Assembly (NCBI GenBank): GCA_041494705.1
Contig: JBGQBI010000001.1
Span: 210,001-242,000, forward strand
Direction: 5' to 3'
DNA from: Candidatus Methanoperedens sp.
GTDB taxonomy: Archaea > Halobacteriota > Methanosarcinia > Methanosarcinales > Methanoperedenaceae
DNA length: 32,000 bases
Of this stretch, positions 8,199-19,787 are shown piece by piece. Position 1 is the first letter of the stretch. Each line of letters opens with the position of its first letter. The notes below the pieces were generated by a model. The model was given only the letters and a program-made list of their open reading frames with translations. It was not told where the DNA came from and did no database searches. A program made the translations under genes and the position numbers.

Positions 8199-8465
8199 TT
8201 ACATTCTGCCCAGTTCTTCCACTGAGACGCTTTCCACACCGCTCACTTTGCTGAAAGCCTCTTCAACCTTCTCTGTCCCGCCTTCGATATCGCCTACCTT
8301 TACAACAACCATAAGGGCTTTCAGACCGAATGCAATAGGCACTTCCGAGAATCCGTGCAACTTCGCACCTTTCGGGATAGCCTTTGTCAGAGCTTCTTTA
8401 AGTTTATTTAAATCAACATCCATGCCAGAAGGCATGATTCTTATTTTAGCGGCAACTTCTCCCAT
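8199..8465 (-). CDS. Translation elongation factor aEF-1 beta
   Basis: [71 protein letters not shown] matches the ~89-aa archaeal EF-1beta pattern. ATG at 8465 preferred over the GTG at 8474. Confidence 0.9.
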   Translation of the reverse strand: MGEVAAKIRIMPSGMDVDLNKLKEALTKAIPKGAKLHGFSEVPIAFGLKALMVVVKVGDIEGGTEKVEEAFSKVSGVESVSVEELGRM

Positions 8466-8470
8466 TTTCT

Positions 8471-8644
8471 TCACGGACCTTCAAAGCCGCAGCCCGGGCA
8501 CTTATAATTATTGCTCTGGTGTCTGCATGCCGCGCATCTTCCAAGCTCTGCTCCACACTGCGGGCAGGGAAAGCGCACATAACCGTGCTCAATAAGATTT
8601 ACTCCGCATGAAATACATTTTTGTGATTTTTCTCTTCTGGTCAT
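8471..8644 (-). CDS. Four-CxxC zinc-finger protein typically found upstream of aEF-1beta (COG2888-type Zn-ribbon protein)
   Basis: Translation: [62 protein letters not shown] lies upstream of the ATG at 8644. The stop abuts the aEF-1beta start. Confidence 0.8.
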   Translation of the reverse strand: MTRREKSQKCISCGVNLIEHGYVRFPCPQCGAELGRCAACRHQSNNYKCPGCGFEGP

Positions 8645-8690
8645 AATATTCTCCTGTGGAGCACACATAGAGAATCGAAACCTATTAAAT

Positions 8691-9290
8691 TTATCCTTTA
8701 ATGAGCGTCCCTATTACATTACTTTTAAGCGCGGTTTTCAATCTTCCCGGACAATTGCCATTTATTATCTCGCAATCCATTTTATTTTCCATGAGAAAAT
8801 GCGCAAGATAGGCATCCACACACGTCTCTTTCCCCACCAGTTCCGACGCTTCAAGTTCCTTTTTCAGCACCCCGTCCAGGTATATTCCATCCACATCAGT
8901 AGCTTTTATGAACCTCGCCCCAAGTTTTTGTGCAACCCATGCGGCAATCGTGTCCGAGGTCACATCCCAGGTATGAGGAAGTTCGTCTTTCGTTTTCAGG
9001 AGATTGTAAGGAAGAAGAATATATGCGCCCTTTCCATGGATATTAAGGTTGTCAATATGTTTCACGTCATTCCCATTGCCCAGATAATAGCCATATTGCT
9101 CCATCGCAAGAACAGCCATCCAGTGGGCGGCTTCCTCCGTGGCGCTTATTCTCCGCACGGTATCTGCAAAGATTGAGCCGCCGGGTACTATCAGGATTGT
9201 CTCATCCTCGGAATTTGAATATTCAATTATCTCCCTGACAAGCTCCCTTCCACTGTGAATCAGGCTCCCGCCAATCTTTATGACTATCAT
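8691..9290 (-). CDS. Amino-acid-kinase-fold small-molecule kinase (~199 aa; archaeal COG2054/MfnE-like)
   Basis: [14 protein letters not shown]...[12 protein letters not shown]...[14 protein letters not shown] shows AAK-family motifs. The length fits the short archaeal kinase group rather than isopentenyl phosphate kinase. Start trimmed to the ATG at 9290. Confidence 0.5.
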   Translation of the reverse strand: MIVIKIGGSLIHSGRELVREIIEYSNSEDETILIVPGGSIFADTVRRISATEEAAHWMAVLAMEQYGYYLGNGNDVKHIDNLNIHGKGAYILLPYNLLKTKDELPHTWDVTSDTIAAWVAQKLGARFIKATDVDGIYLDGVLKKELEASELVGKETCVDAYLAHFLMENKMDCEIINGNCPGRLKTALKSNVIGTLIKG

Positions 9291-9344
9291 GCTTTTTACA
9301 TAAACTGCAGTATTTAAATATGTATGGCATGATATAGCCAGCAA

Positions 9345-10370
9345 ATGAGAACCATAGACTGGGATTATGAAAAGAACAATATTATCATGATCGACCAGAC
9401 CCTTTTGCCTGCGGAATACAGGATAATCGAATGCAGCACAATAGAGTCTTTATGCGAAGCCATAATCTCCCTGAGGGTAAGAGGCGCTCCCGCCCTTGGC
9501 GCTGCCGGAGGTTTTGGCGTGGCTCTTTCTGCATTTAGAAGTAATGCCTCTTCCTTGGACGCTTTAATTAAAAATATCGAGAATGCCGGCAAAACCCTTA
9601 TTGCCACAAGACCCACGGCAGTAAACCTTTCATGGGGCGTGAAACGTGTCATCAGGGCTGTAGAAGATGCCAGGAACATTAAGGAAGCAAGGATGTTCGC
9701 TCTTGACGAGGCAAAAGCAATCGCGGATGAGGACGTAAAGAAGAATATGCAGCTTGGTGAATATGGGGCGTCTTTGCTTGAGGATGGGGATACGGTGCTT
9801 ACGCATTGCAATGCCGGAAGGCTTGCCTGCGTGGATTGGGGAACGGCGCTCGGGGTTATCCGTTCAGCCCGCGCCGATGGAAAGGACATAAAGGTGATAG
9901 CGTGCGAGACGCGCCCGTTAAACCAGGGAAGCAGGCTGACTGCGTGGGAACTCATGGAAGATAAGATTCCCGTGACGCTAATAACGGACAGCATGTCGGG
10001 TCATGTGATGAGAAAAGGCATGGTTGATAAGGTCATTGTGGGAGCCGACAGGATAACCCAGGATGCAGTATTCAATAAAATCGGGACTTATACCCATTCG
10101 ATTATTGCAAAAGAGCATGGGATACCGTTCTATGTAGCTGCTCCCGTCTCGACATTTGACTTTGAGAGGCTTGAAGATGAGGTCGAGATAGAAATCAGGA
10201 AACCACAAGAATTAAGGTTTTTCGGGAACCGGCAGATAGCGCCCCTTGATGTGGATGTGTATAATCCTGCTTTTGATGCAACCCCGATGGAAAACGTAAC
10301 CGGCATAATCACGGAAAATGGTATATTCTATCCTCCTTTCTTAATCGAAGAAGTCAAAATAAGGGTTTAA
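9345..10370 (+). CDS. eIF-2B alpha/beta/delta-family isomerase (methylthioribose-1-phosphate or ribose-1,5-bisphosphate isomerase)
   Basis: IMIDQTLLP...LRVRGAPALGAAGGFG...RPTAVNL...THCNAG...ETRPLNQGSRLTAWEL...VGADRI is characteristic of the MtnA/aIF-2BI family. Confidence 0.8.
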   Translation: MRTIDWDYEKNNIIMIDQTLLPAEYRIIECSTIESLCEAIISLRVRGAPALGAAGGFGVALSAFRSNASSLDALIKNIENAGKTLIATRPTAVNLSWGVKRVIRAVEDARNIKEARMFALDEAKAIADEDVKKNMQLGEYGASLLEDGDTVLTHCNAGRLACVDWGTALGVIRSARADGKDIKVIACETRPLNQGSRLTAWELMEDKIPVTLITDSMSGHVMRKGMVDKVIVGADRITQDAVFNKIGTYTHSIIAKEHGIPFYVAAPVSTFDFERLEDEVEIEIRKPQELRFFGNRQIAPLDVDVYNPAFDATPMENVTGIITENGIFYPPFLIEEVKIRV

Positions 10371-10490
10371 TTCTCCTATATTTTTATATCATATTTATAT
10401 ATTTTATATAACTTTTTATCCTATTTTTCTTGATTCGGTTCCGATAAAATTAATATACTGGAAGTTAATTGTTATTCAGGGAAGCAAAAT

Positions 10491-10856
10491 ATGAATCAGG
10501 GAAAGATGTCCGAAATATACAATAGCATCCTTCTGGATTTGAAACAGGTGGAGGGAGTAAAAATGCTGGCGCTTGCAGGGCGGGATGGATTCCTCATCGG
10601 CGAACCACCGAATAACGATATGGAGATGTTAACTCTCATGTCGGCAACGATGTTGAGGGCTGCGGAAAAGGTTACAAACAAGCTTGAGAAAGTAAGCCCC
10701 AACCCTGTGGTCGTTGATTATGAAGGGGGAAAACTTATAACCATCGCTGCCGGCCAAAAAGCGCTGATTTCTGTGTTGACAACAAAAGATGCGAGTATTG
10801 AACCTATCATTAATGAACTTGAGAGAACGGCCAGCAGGATAAAAGAGATACTTTAA
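10491..10856 (+). CDS. Roadblock/LC7 domain protein
   Basis: LKQVEGVKMLALAGRDGFLIG...LMSATMLRAAEKV...VVVDYEGGKLITIAAGQKALISVLT matches the Roadblock/LC7 (MglB-like) pattern. Confidence 0.7.
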   Translation: MNQGKMSEIYNSILLDLKQVEGVKMLALAGRDGFLIGEPPNNDMEMLTLMSATMLRAAEKVTNKLEKVSPNPVVVDYEGGKLITIAAGQKALISVLTTKDASIEPIINELERTASRIKEIL

Positions 10857-10923
10857 TCAGATGTACGGATTCCATCGTGGCGCCTGAGAATAAAGTTAAG
10901 TCCAGAAGAAATGTATTAAGAGC

Positions 10924-12096
10924 ATGGCTGTTTCAATAGCTCTTGCAGGAAAACCAAATTCCGGGAAATCAACATTTTTCAAAGCCGTGACTCTTGCAAA
11001 TGTTGAGATTGCAAATTATCCTTTTACCACCATCGACGCCAACCATGGCGTTGCGTATGTGAGGGCAATCTGCCCGTGCAGGGAATTAAAACTCGATTGC
11101 GGAAATTGCAGGGATGGCGTGCGTTTTGTGCCGATAGAAATGATAGATGTCGCGGGACTTGTCCCGGATGCCCACAAGGGGCGCGGGCTCGGCAATGAAT
11201 TTCTTGACAACCTGAGGCAGGCAAAGGCAATTATTCATGTCATAGATGCCTCTGGCGGAACGGATATTGAAGGAAACCCTGTGCCTGTGGGTTCACATGA
11301 CCCGCTGGGCGACATAGAATTCCTTGAGCATGAGATTACGATGTGGATGTTCGGGATTTTAAAGCGCAACTGGGAAAGACTCTCCCGCAAAGTGCAGGCT
11401 GAAGGGTTGAAATTGGAGGAGACAATCGCAGGTCAGCTTGAGGGTGCGGGAATCACTGACGGTCATGTGAAAACGGTACTGACCAAACTGAAACTCCCGC
11501 GCGATAAACCCCAGATGTGGACTGATGAACAGATTATCGAGCTTTCAGACATGTTAAGGGCTGAAAGTAAACCCCTGATAATCGCTGCAAATAAAATTGA
11601 TGCTGCATCACAGGGGAATATTGAGGGGCTTGTGAAGGTCGGCGCAATACCAGTCAGCGCTGCGGCAGAAGTGGCGCTTCGTATGGCTGATAAAGGAGGG
11701 GCGGTAAAATACATACCGGGTGATGCCGATTTTGTGGAATCGCCAAACCTGACCGATGCCCAGAAAGAGGGTCTCCAAAAAATTCGCCTCCTGATGAAGA
11801 AAAACAGCGGCACAGGTATCCAGAAATGCATTAATGAAACTGTGTTCAGGCTCCTTGACCTTGTAGTGGTTTATCCTGTTGAGGATGAGAACAGGTTCAC
11901 TGATAAGATGGGAAGGATTCTTCCAGATGCATTTCTCCTGAAGAAAGGAAGTACACCGAAAGACCTGGCTTTTATGGTTCACACCGATATCGGGAAGGGA
12001 TTCCTCTATGCTGTGGATGCGCGCACCAAGATGAGGCTGGGAGATAAGTACGAGTTGAAGAATGGGGATATTGTGAAGATTGTGGCTGTGAAGTAA
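10924..12096 (+). CDS. Obg-like GTPase (YchF/Drg-type) with C-terminal TGS-like domain
   Basis: G1 motif ALAGKPNSGKST, G2 YPFTT, G3 DVAGLV, G4 ANKID. The C-terminal ...KNGDIVKIVAVK segment is TGS-like. Confidence 0.8.
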   Translation: MAVSIALAGKPNSGKSTFFKAVTLANVEIANYPFTTIDANHGVAYVRAICPCRELKLDCGNCRDGVRFVPIEMIDVAGLVPDAHKGRGLGNEFLDNLRQAKAIIHVIDASGGTDIEGNPVPVGSHDPLGDIEFLEHEITMWMFGILKRNWERLSRKVQAEGLKLEETIAGQLEGAGITDGHVKTVLTKLKLPRDKPQMWTDEQIIELSDMLRAESKPLIIAANKIDAASQGNIEGLVKVGAIPVSAAAEVALRMADKGGAVKYIPGDADFVESPNLTDAQKEGLQKIRLLMKKNSGTGIQKCINETVFRLLDLVVVYPVEDENRFTDKMGRILPDAFLLKKGSTPKDLAFMVHTDIGKGFLYAVDARTKMRLGDKYELKNGDIVKIVAVK

Positions 12097-12151
12097 AATC
12101 AAGAATAAAGGTGTGTGTAATATCTTTCATGTTAAATTTCGTCTAAAGTAA

Positions 12152-12217
12152 CTTTGCGCTCTTGGCGTGCTTTGCGGTGCAGGATTTTCCACCGCAAAGG
12201 GCGCAAAGTACGCAAAG
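12152..12217. repeat. Modular hairpin H2: 3x CTTTGCG (9-nt spacing), 10-nt loop, 3x CGCAAAG (9-nt spacing)
   Basis: Left-arm units at 12152-12158, 12161-12167 (variant cttggcg) and 12170-12176. Right-arm units at 12193-12199, 12202-12208 and 12211-12217. The 28-nt arms are complementary at 23/28 positions. Starts 55 nt after the GTPase stop. Confidence 0.85.
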
Positions 12218-12352
12218 AATTTGCTCAACACCAAACTTTTTACAGTCCCGAATAAAGGAAAAATTCCTAAAATAACATATATGATTCCAGTGAAAAAGCA
12301 GGCATATTTTGCCTAAAGATTTAAATCGTATCAAAGCGATTCATGCTACTAC

Positions 12353-12673
12353 ATGGCAAAAACGAATGACAAGTACCTATATTCTGAGACCGCAGCCGTG
12401 CAGGACGTTTACACCCGGAAGATGACACATTTATCCCCTTCCGTGAAGCTCGTTTTCAAAGTGCTTGAATACCGGGGGCTTATGACTCAAAAAGAACTCG
12501 TTGCAGAAAGTTATCTCCCCCCGAGGACGGTGCGATATGCGCTCTCAAGATTAAAAAAAGAAGGCATACTTGAAGAGCGCCTCTATTATAAGGATGCGCG
12601 CCAGTGCCTCTATGGTGTGAAAAGCCCGCAGCATGATGAGCTATTATCTAATTTCGCATGCGGAATAGTATAG
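12353..12673 (+). CDS. Small winged-helix (MarR/ArsR-like) DNA-binding protein
   Basis: LSPSVKLVFKVLEYRGLMTQKELVAESYLPPRTVRYALSRLKKEGILEE is a typical wHTH recognition-helix and wing layout. Confidence 0.6.
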   Translation: MAKTNDKYLYSETAAVQDVYTRKMTHLSPSVKLVFKVLEYRGLMTQKELVAESYLPPRTVRYALSRLKKEGILEERLYYKDARQCLYGVKSPQHDELLSNFACGIV

Positions 12674-12703
12674 TTTATATTTGTTAAGATTAACTTTGGG
12701 CGT

Positions 12704-13294
12704 ATGGACAGAGCCGGTTTAAGGGAGATAATACATCTTGTGGCTTCTTTACTTGTGCTGACTATCGCATTTTCATATCCCAGTACTGGTATGGAAGCTC
12801 TTGCGATAGCCGCAATTGGAGTAGGTTCGGGGTTCCTCCTGCATGAACTTGCCCATAAATTCACAGCCCAGAGATACGGATATGTGGCAGATTACGAAGC
12901 AAGTCCAATGGGGCTTCTCATGGCAATCGGTCTTTCAGTTCTCACAAAAGGGAATTTCGTATTTGCAGCGCCGGGTGCGGTCATGATTCGCGGCAAATGG
13001 ACTCACACCGAAGACTTATACAGCGAGCCGGCAAAGGAGTTCGCATACATATCTATTTCCGGGGCGGTTGTCAATCTGGCGCTTGCCGTATCATTTTATA
13101 CAGCTTCGCTCTTCGTAGATCAATCAGGTTTGGCGTATGCGGTTCTGAGTAAAAGCGCCTTTATCAATGTTTTTCTTGCAGGATTCAACATGATACCTTT
13201 CGGACCGCTTGACGGCGCCAAAGTATGGCGATATAACCCCGTATTATGGGGACTCGTAGGGATTCCTGCGATAATCCTCTTTTTTATTATATAA
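12704..13294 (+). CDS. Membrane zinc metalloprotease, M50/site-2-protease family
   Basis: HELAHK (HExxH) lies in a TM segment. A second motif FNMIPFGPLDG is present, and the protein has multiple TM helices. Confidence 0.7.
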   Translation: MDRAGLREIIHLVASLLVLTIAFSYPSTGMEALAIAAIGVGSGFLLHELAHKFTAQRYGYVADYEASPMGLLMAIGLSVLTKGNFVFAAPGAVMIRGKWTHTEDLYSEPAKEFAYISISGAVVNLALAVSFYTASLFVDQSGLAYAVLSKSAFINVFLAGFNMIPFGPLDGAKVWRYNPVLWGLVGIPAIILFFII

Positions 13295-13304
13295 TATCAG
13301 GCGC

Positions 13305-13466
13305 TTACTCAACTTTCTTGAATTTATCCCTGGACGCGCCGCACCAGGGGCAAACCCATCCATCAGGAATATCTTCAAAAACCGTGCCGGGTTCGATACC
13401 GCCGTCAGGGTCTCCCACTGCAGGGTCGTAAACATAGTCGCAAAGAGTACATTTCCACTTATCCAT
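13305..13466 (-). CDS. Rubredoxin
   Basis: [53 protein letters not shown] contains the classical CxxC...CPxCG rubredoxin motifs. Start trimmed to the ATG at 13466. Confidence 0.9.
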   Translation of the reverse strand: MDKWKCTLCDYVYDPAVGDPDGGIEPGTVFEDIPDGWVCPWCGASRDKFKKVE

Positions 13467-13563
13467 AGTATAGTCATGTTTTTTACAAAACTTAACCATA
13501 TCGCTTAAAAGAAGCCGAATAAAACCAATATGCTTTTAAATAAGAAAAGACGAATGACCTTAA

Positions 13564-14559
<996 letters not shown>

Positions 14560-14560
14560 A

Positions 14561-16379
<1,819 letters not shown>

Positions 16380-16497
16380 AAGTTGCATGTCACTGACCCC
16401 GTACGATGTACGAGGCCTGTGTGTAGCATTTTCCTGATTATTCCATATTATTTACACATGCAATAATAGCCATCGTAATATTTCCTGCATCTTCACG

Positions 16498-16652
16498 CTT
16501 CACTTCATCTCAAACTTCTCAAACCTTTCCTTCTTCGCCCTGCAAATCGGGCAAAGGTCAGGCGGTTCATCCCTCGCACAGAGATAACCGCACACAGTAC
16601 ACCTGTAAACTTCAGCCATTTCTTTTCCTCCTGCTCCTGTTTGTTCCCTTAT
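16498..16652. repeat. Direct repeat copy A (~155 bp), a near-identical duplicate of the 3' end of the FDR gene at 17529-17683
   Basis: By-eye alignment of 16498-16652 with 17529-17683 shows only scattered substitutions up to ...cctgctcct, then decay. Confidence 0.85.
16500..16619 (-). CDS. Stand-alone 39-aa rubredoxin-like mini-ORF created by the duplication (possibly a gene remnant)
   Basis: Translation: [39 protein letters not shown]. Differs at one residue from the C-terminal rubredoxin domain of the FDR gene. GGAGG lies 9 nt upstream of its ATG (16619-16617). Confidence 0.45.
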   Translation of the reverse strand: MAEVYRCTVCGYLCARDEPPDLCPICRAKKERFEKFEMK

Positions 16653-16675
16653 AACCCAATTAAGATAACTTTCTA

Positions 16676-17065
16676 TTATTTATGCCACATCATCGTTTCC
16701 TCTTCCTCACCATGAAGTTGCCAAATTCGCATTCCAAGGTGAGTCACTCGAATCACTTTACCCATTCGTTTACTGTGTGTATTGAAGGCTGGATATTGGG
16801 AAAAACGACGGATAAAACTGGCCACCTCATATTGACCTACTGCCAGACAGACCAAACAATAGTTTGCATGGCATAGCTTGTTATCATAGAAACCAAGATC
16901 ACGTGTAAAAAATGTCACAGAACGAAACTGATGCAGGAGCGATATTATAGCCTCGTCTTTTACCCCCTTGCTCGCGATTTCATGACCAATTTGGCGAACC
17001 TGGATGCGCCAGCTTCGCAGGAGCTGCCGCTGGCTTTCTGGTATGTTCTCATCCAGAATGTTCAT
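16676..17065 (-). CDS. PIN-like toxin (DUF5615-type), partner of the DUF433 antitoxin
   Basis: N-terminus [19 protein letters not shown]...VKDEAIISL...FFTRDLGF matches the DUF5615/PIN-like pattern (xxDENxP...D.ei...TrDkdF). ATGA overlap with the upstream gene (17062-17065). Confidence 0.65.
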   Translation of the reverse strand: MNILDENIPESQRQLLRSWRIQVRQIGHEIASKGVKDEAIISLLHQFRSVTFFTRDLGFYDNKLCHANYCLVCLAVGQYEVASFIRRFSQYPAFNTHSKRMGKVIRVTHLGMRIWQLHGEEEETMMWHK

Positions 17066-17316
17066 GCACAGGCAGGCTCCGTCATCAGTTCAGGCGTATG
17101 GGCAGCCAGCGCTTCACGAGCCAGTCGTATAGCTTCAGCAATCGCCTCTTTGATCAGCACCCCGCGCCATTCCTCGATAATTGCCTCCCATACGATGCCG
17201 CTTTCTACCTGTTCCAGCACATCTTTAACTAAAATTCGTGTTCCTATGAAGGTTGGTTCGCCATGACAGATAGTCGGGTCGGACACAATGTATCGTCCTA
17301 AGGTTTTTATTGTCAT
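17062..17316 (-). CDS. DUF433-family antitoxin-like DNA-binding protein
   Basis: IVSDPTICHGEPTFIGTRILVKDVLEQVESG...IKEAIAEAIRLA is the characteristic DUF433 core (GxPxIxGTRIxV). Confidence 0.75.
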   Translation of the reverse strand: MTIKTLGRYIVSDPTICHGEPTFIGTRILVKDVLEQVESGIVWEAIIEEWRGVLIKEAIAEAIRLAREALAAHTPELMTEPACA

Positions 17317-17528
17317 ACGTTTTCCTTTGAAGGGTTGGTCATGTTATTTGATTATAATCCTTAAACCTACTTAAATATGTTCATAATGATAATTGCGGTG
17401 GCTTTTCATAACGGCTATGGTCGAACCGCATGCATGCGGCGCGCCTGCCGGAAAACCCGCCCCGCACTTTTCTAACCTGCGTTCCATCCAATTTTTGAAT
17501 TTATTTAGGTCTATAAATTTATCTAACT

Positions 17529-17683
17529 CTTCACTTCATCCCAAACTTCTCGAACCTCTCCTTCTTCGCCCTGCAAATCGGGCAAAGGTCAGGCGGCTCA
17601 TCCCTCGCACAGAGATAACCGCACACAGTACACCTGTAAACTTCAGCCATTTCTTTTCCTCCTGCTCCTTTCTGTTCCATTAT
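17529..17683. repeat. Direct repeat copy B, the 3' end (rubredoxin domain and linker) of the intact FDR gene
   Basis: See copy A. Confidence 0.85.
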
Positions 17684-18028
17684 ACCCGGATAACCCTTCT
17701 CGTAATACTCCTGCGGACGCCGCTCGGGGATAGGGTCATGCGGCTTCCTTCCTGAAATCCAGTCGTCATTAACATAGAGCGTACAAAGGCAGCACCCGTA
17801 CTCTGCGATATCAGGATCGCGGTAATTGCACGGGCAAATTATGTCCATGTCATCAGCAAGCAAACCGCTTGCAATCCTGCACGGGCATGACAGATAGCCA
17901 TAGCGATGCTCGTTATCCCATAACCCCTGAAGGATGTCATCAAGCTCATCCTTGTTTGGGTTGAACCGGTAGCCGTCCTCGTCAGCGAGCTTTTTCATTT
18001 CGGTGAACATTTCAGCAACAGTTCTCAT
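17531..18028 (-). CDS. Ferredoxin:thioredoxin-reductase-like catalytic subunit fused to a C-terminal rubredoxin domain (ferredoxin:disulfide reductase, FDR type)
   Basis: FTRc cysteine signature YLSCPCRIASGLLADDMDIICPCNYRDPDIAEYGCCLC, followed by a linker and the rubredoxin CTVCGY...CPICRA. This is the same architecture as the Methanosarcina acetivorans FDR. Confidence 0.8.
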   Translation of the reverse strand: MRTVAEMFTEMKKLADEDGYRFNPNKDELDDILQGLWDNEHRYGYLSCPCRIASGLLADDMDIICPCNYRDPDIAEYGCCLCTLYVNDDWISGRKPHDPIPERRPQEYYEKGYPGIMEQKGAGGKEMAEVYRCTVCGYLCARDEPPDLCPICRAKKERFEKFGMK

Positions 18029-18106
18029 AACACATTGACCTCTCAGTTATAGCATGGTTCTTAAATCTACATAATTTTATGCCTATCATTTAAGCAATTT
18101 TTTCGG

Positions 18107-18168
18107 ACGGGATAACAGGATTGACAGGATAAAATATTACAAAATCCAGTTCATCCTGTTAATCCTGT
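18107..18168. repeat. Modular hairpin H3: ACGGGAT/ACAGGAT/ACAGGAT, 13-nt A-rich loop, ATCCAGT/ATCCTGT/ATCCTGT
   Basis: Left-arm units at 18107-18113, 18115-18121 and 18124-18130. Right-arm units at 18144-18150, 18153-18159 and 18162-18168 (9-nt spacing). Lies 55 nt downstream of the minus-strand wHTH gene stop at 18224. Confidence 0.8.
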
Positions 18169-18223
18169 CAGATTTTCTTTTTTTAACGGTTATTTATGAA
18201 CTTGACTATAATACATGTATTTT

Positions 18224-18574
18224 TCATGCCAGTATCATTTCATTCTTATGAATCGGCATTCCCTGTTTAGCAGCTTCCCGTTCTGCTAAACGCAAATTCA
18301 ATTCATTCAGGAATTTGATAAGCCTTTTAACCACTATATCATCCTTGTTTATCTGGTACAGTTTGGCGTTGCCTACCTGCCGCGTCATTGTGACAAGGCT
18401 GAGCTCTTCCAATAATGGCAAAGCTTTCATGAGAGTTGTGTAATGGATGCCAGCCTCATCCGCTATGTCTGTGAGCGTGAGGTCTATATTCTGGTATTCC
18501 CAGAGGACATCCAGTATTTTTGCTGCTGCTGAGCCTGTGAAGATTTTTTCGAGAGACTTTTTGATCATTCTCAT
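18224..18574 (-). CDS. Winged-helix transcriptional regulator, last gene of the por-containing array
   Basis: AAKILDVLWEYQNIDLTLTDIADEAGIHYTTLMKALPLLEELSLVTMTRQVGNAKLY shows an HTH plus wing. ATGA overlap with the upstream grx-like gene. Confidence 0.6.
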   Translation of the reverse strand: MRMIKKSLEKIFTGSAAAKILDVLWEYQNIDLTLTDIADEAGIHYTTLMKALPLLEELSLVTMTRQVGNAKLYQINKDDIVVKRLIKFLNELNLRLAEREAAKQGMPIHKNEMILA

Positions 18575-18828
18575 AACCCGAGAGCCTCTCTCAATTTATC
18601 CTCATAGAACCCTACAATTACTTTATTGCCAACTACAATGGTCGGGAACCGCAAGCCTCCGCTCAGTTTTATCACTTCATCGCAAACCTCATCCTTTTCC
18701 CTGCCGTCTAATTTATCCACATCCACATAATCAAATTCAATCCCGTTTTCTTTTAAAAACCGCTTCGTTGCTTTGCAGTGCACGCATGTGCTGAGCGTGT
18801 AAAGTTTAGGTTTGATTTTCGTCTTCAT
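18571..18828 (-). CDS. Glutaredoxin-like small redox protein (CVHC active site)
   Basis: KLYTLSTCVHCKATKRFLKENGIEFDYVDVD...FPTIVVGNKVIVGF shows the Grx/NrdH-like fold signature. ATGA overlaps on both sides. Confidence 0.8.
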   Translation of the reverse strand: MKTKIKPKLYTLSTCVHCKATKRFLKENGIEFDYVDVDKLDGREKDEVCDEVIKLSGGLRFPTIVVGNKVIVGFYEDKLREALGL

Positions 18829-19787
18829 GGTCCATGCATCTCCCTGTGTTCCTCGGTAACAGCATGATGTTCTTCAGGCGGGGCTATTTCGCAAATCTCA
18901 GGCGAGCCTTTCTCCTTATAATGCAGGTTCCATTTCTTGCATACCCACATCTGGAGTTTCTTGATATCTTCATCGCTCATGTGGCGGAATCGCCCCTGCA
19001 TCATCAAATAATCCCGGACTGATTTCATTTTCCCGGGCTTGAATGTGATTTTTTTCTCGCCGTTCTCGACTTCATACAAAGTCCACATCCCGCTTTCAAC
19101 CGCACGCTTTGTAACTTCAACGGTCTTTGCCGGGTCCATTTTCCAGCCCGGGATGCACGGCGTGAACATATGGAGAAAACGGAATCCCTTTATGTTTTTT
19201 GCCTTCTCAACTTTCCTTATGAAATCAAGAGGATGCCCGATTGACAAAGTGGCATAATACGGTATCTCATGAGCTGCCACGATTTCGCCGAGATTTTTCT
19301 TAAATCGCCTGTTTCCCTGGACTTTTGTTCCAACGGGCGTGGTTGTGGTCCATGCGCCAAAAGGCGTCCCTCCGCTTCGCTGTATGCCTGTGTTCATATA
19401 CGCCTCGTTGTCAAGGCAGATATAAATGACATCATCATTGCGCTCAGCCGCTCCCGACATGCTCTGCAAACCGATATCATACGTCCCGCCGTCGCCCGCA
19501 AACCCTACTGCTGTGACCTTTTTTCCTTTTTTCTCAAAAGCAGCCTGCATACCTGTCAGGCAGGCGCCCGTATTCTCAAATGCGGTGTGGAAGAATGGCA
19601 CTTTCCATGCGCCATAAGGAAAAGTGGTTCCGAATACTACGGCGCAGCTTGCAGGGACATATACTGAAGTATCTTTTCCCAGTACACGAATAGCATTGCG
19701 GATGGACATCGCCACGCCGCACCCGGGGCATGCGGTATGTCCTGCCGTGAACAGGTTGTCATCAGGCAGGTCCTTTATTGTAATCAT
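18825..19787 (-). CDS. porB: 2-oxoacid (probably pyruvate):ferredoxin oxidoreductase beta subunit (TPP-binding)
   Basis: Contains CPGCG near the N-terminus, GDGGTYDIGLQSMSGAAERNDDVIYICLDNEAYMNTGIQRS (TPP motif) and a [4Fe-4S] Cys pattern. Follows the alpha subunit with an ATGA overlap. Confidence 0.8.
   Translation of the reverse strand: MITIKDLPDDNLFTAGHTACPGCGVAMSIRNAIRVLGKDTSVYVPASCAVVFGTTFPYGAWKVPFFHTAFENTGACLTGMQAAFEKKGKKVTAVGFAGDGGTYDIGLQSMSGAAERNDDVIYICLDNEAYMNTGIQRSGGTPFGAWTTTTPVGTKVQGNRRFKKNLGEIVAAHEIPYYATLSIGHPLDFIRKVEKAKNIKGFRFLHMFTPCIPGWKMDPAKTVEVTKRAVESGMWTLYEVENGEKKITFKPGKMKSVRDYLMMQGRFRHMSDEDIKKLQMWVCKKWNLHYKEKGSPEICEIAPPEEHHAVTEEHREMHGP

Noticed and set aside
12143-12334. 63-aa minus-strand ORF (…CVLCALCGGKSCTAKHAKSAKLL)
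   Set aside because: Its Cys/Ala/Lys-rich part is just the translation of the CGCAAAG/CTTTGCG modular hairpin. There is no RBS and no partner genes.
17393-17755. 120-aa plus-strand ORF crossing the TA leader and the FDR 3' end
   Set aside because: It overlaps the FDR gene in antisense and has no recognisable features. The GC-rich patch with the palindrome ccgcatgcatgcgg (17426-17439) is recorded under the TA-cassette finding instead.
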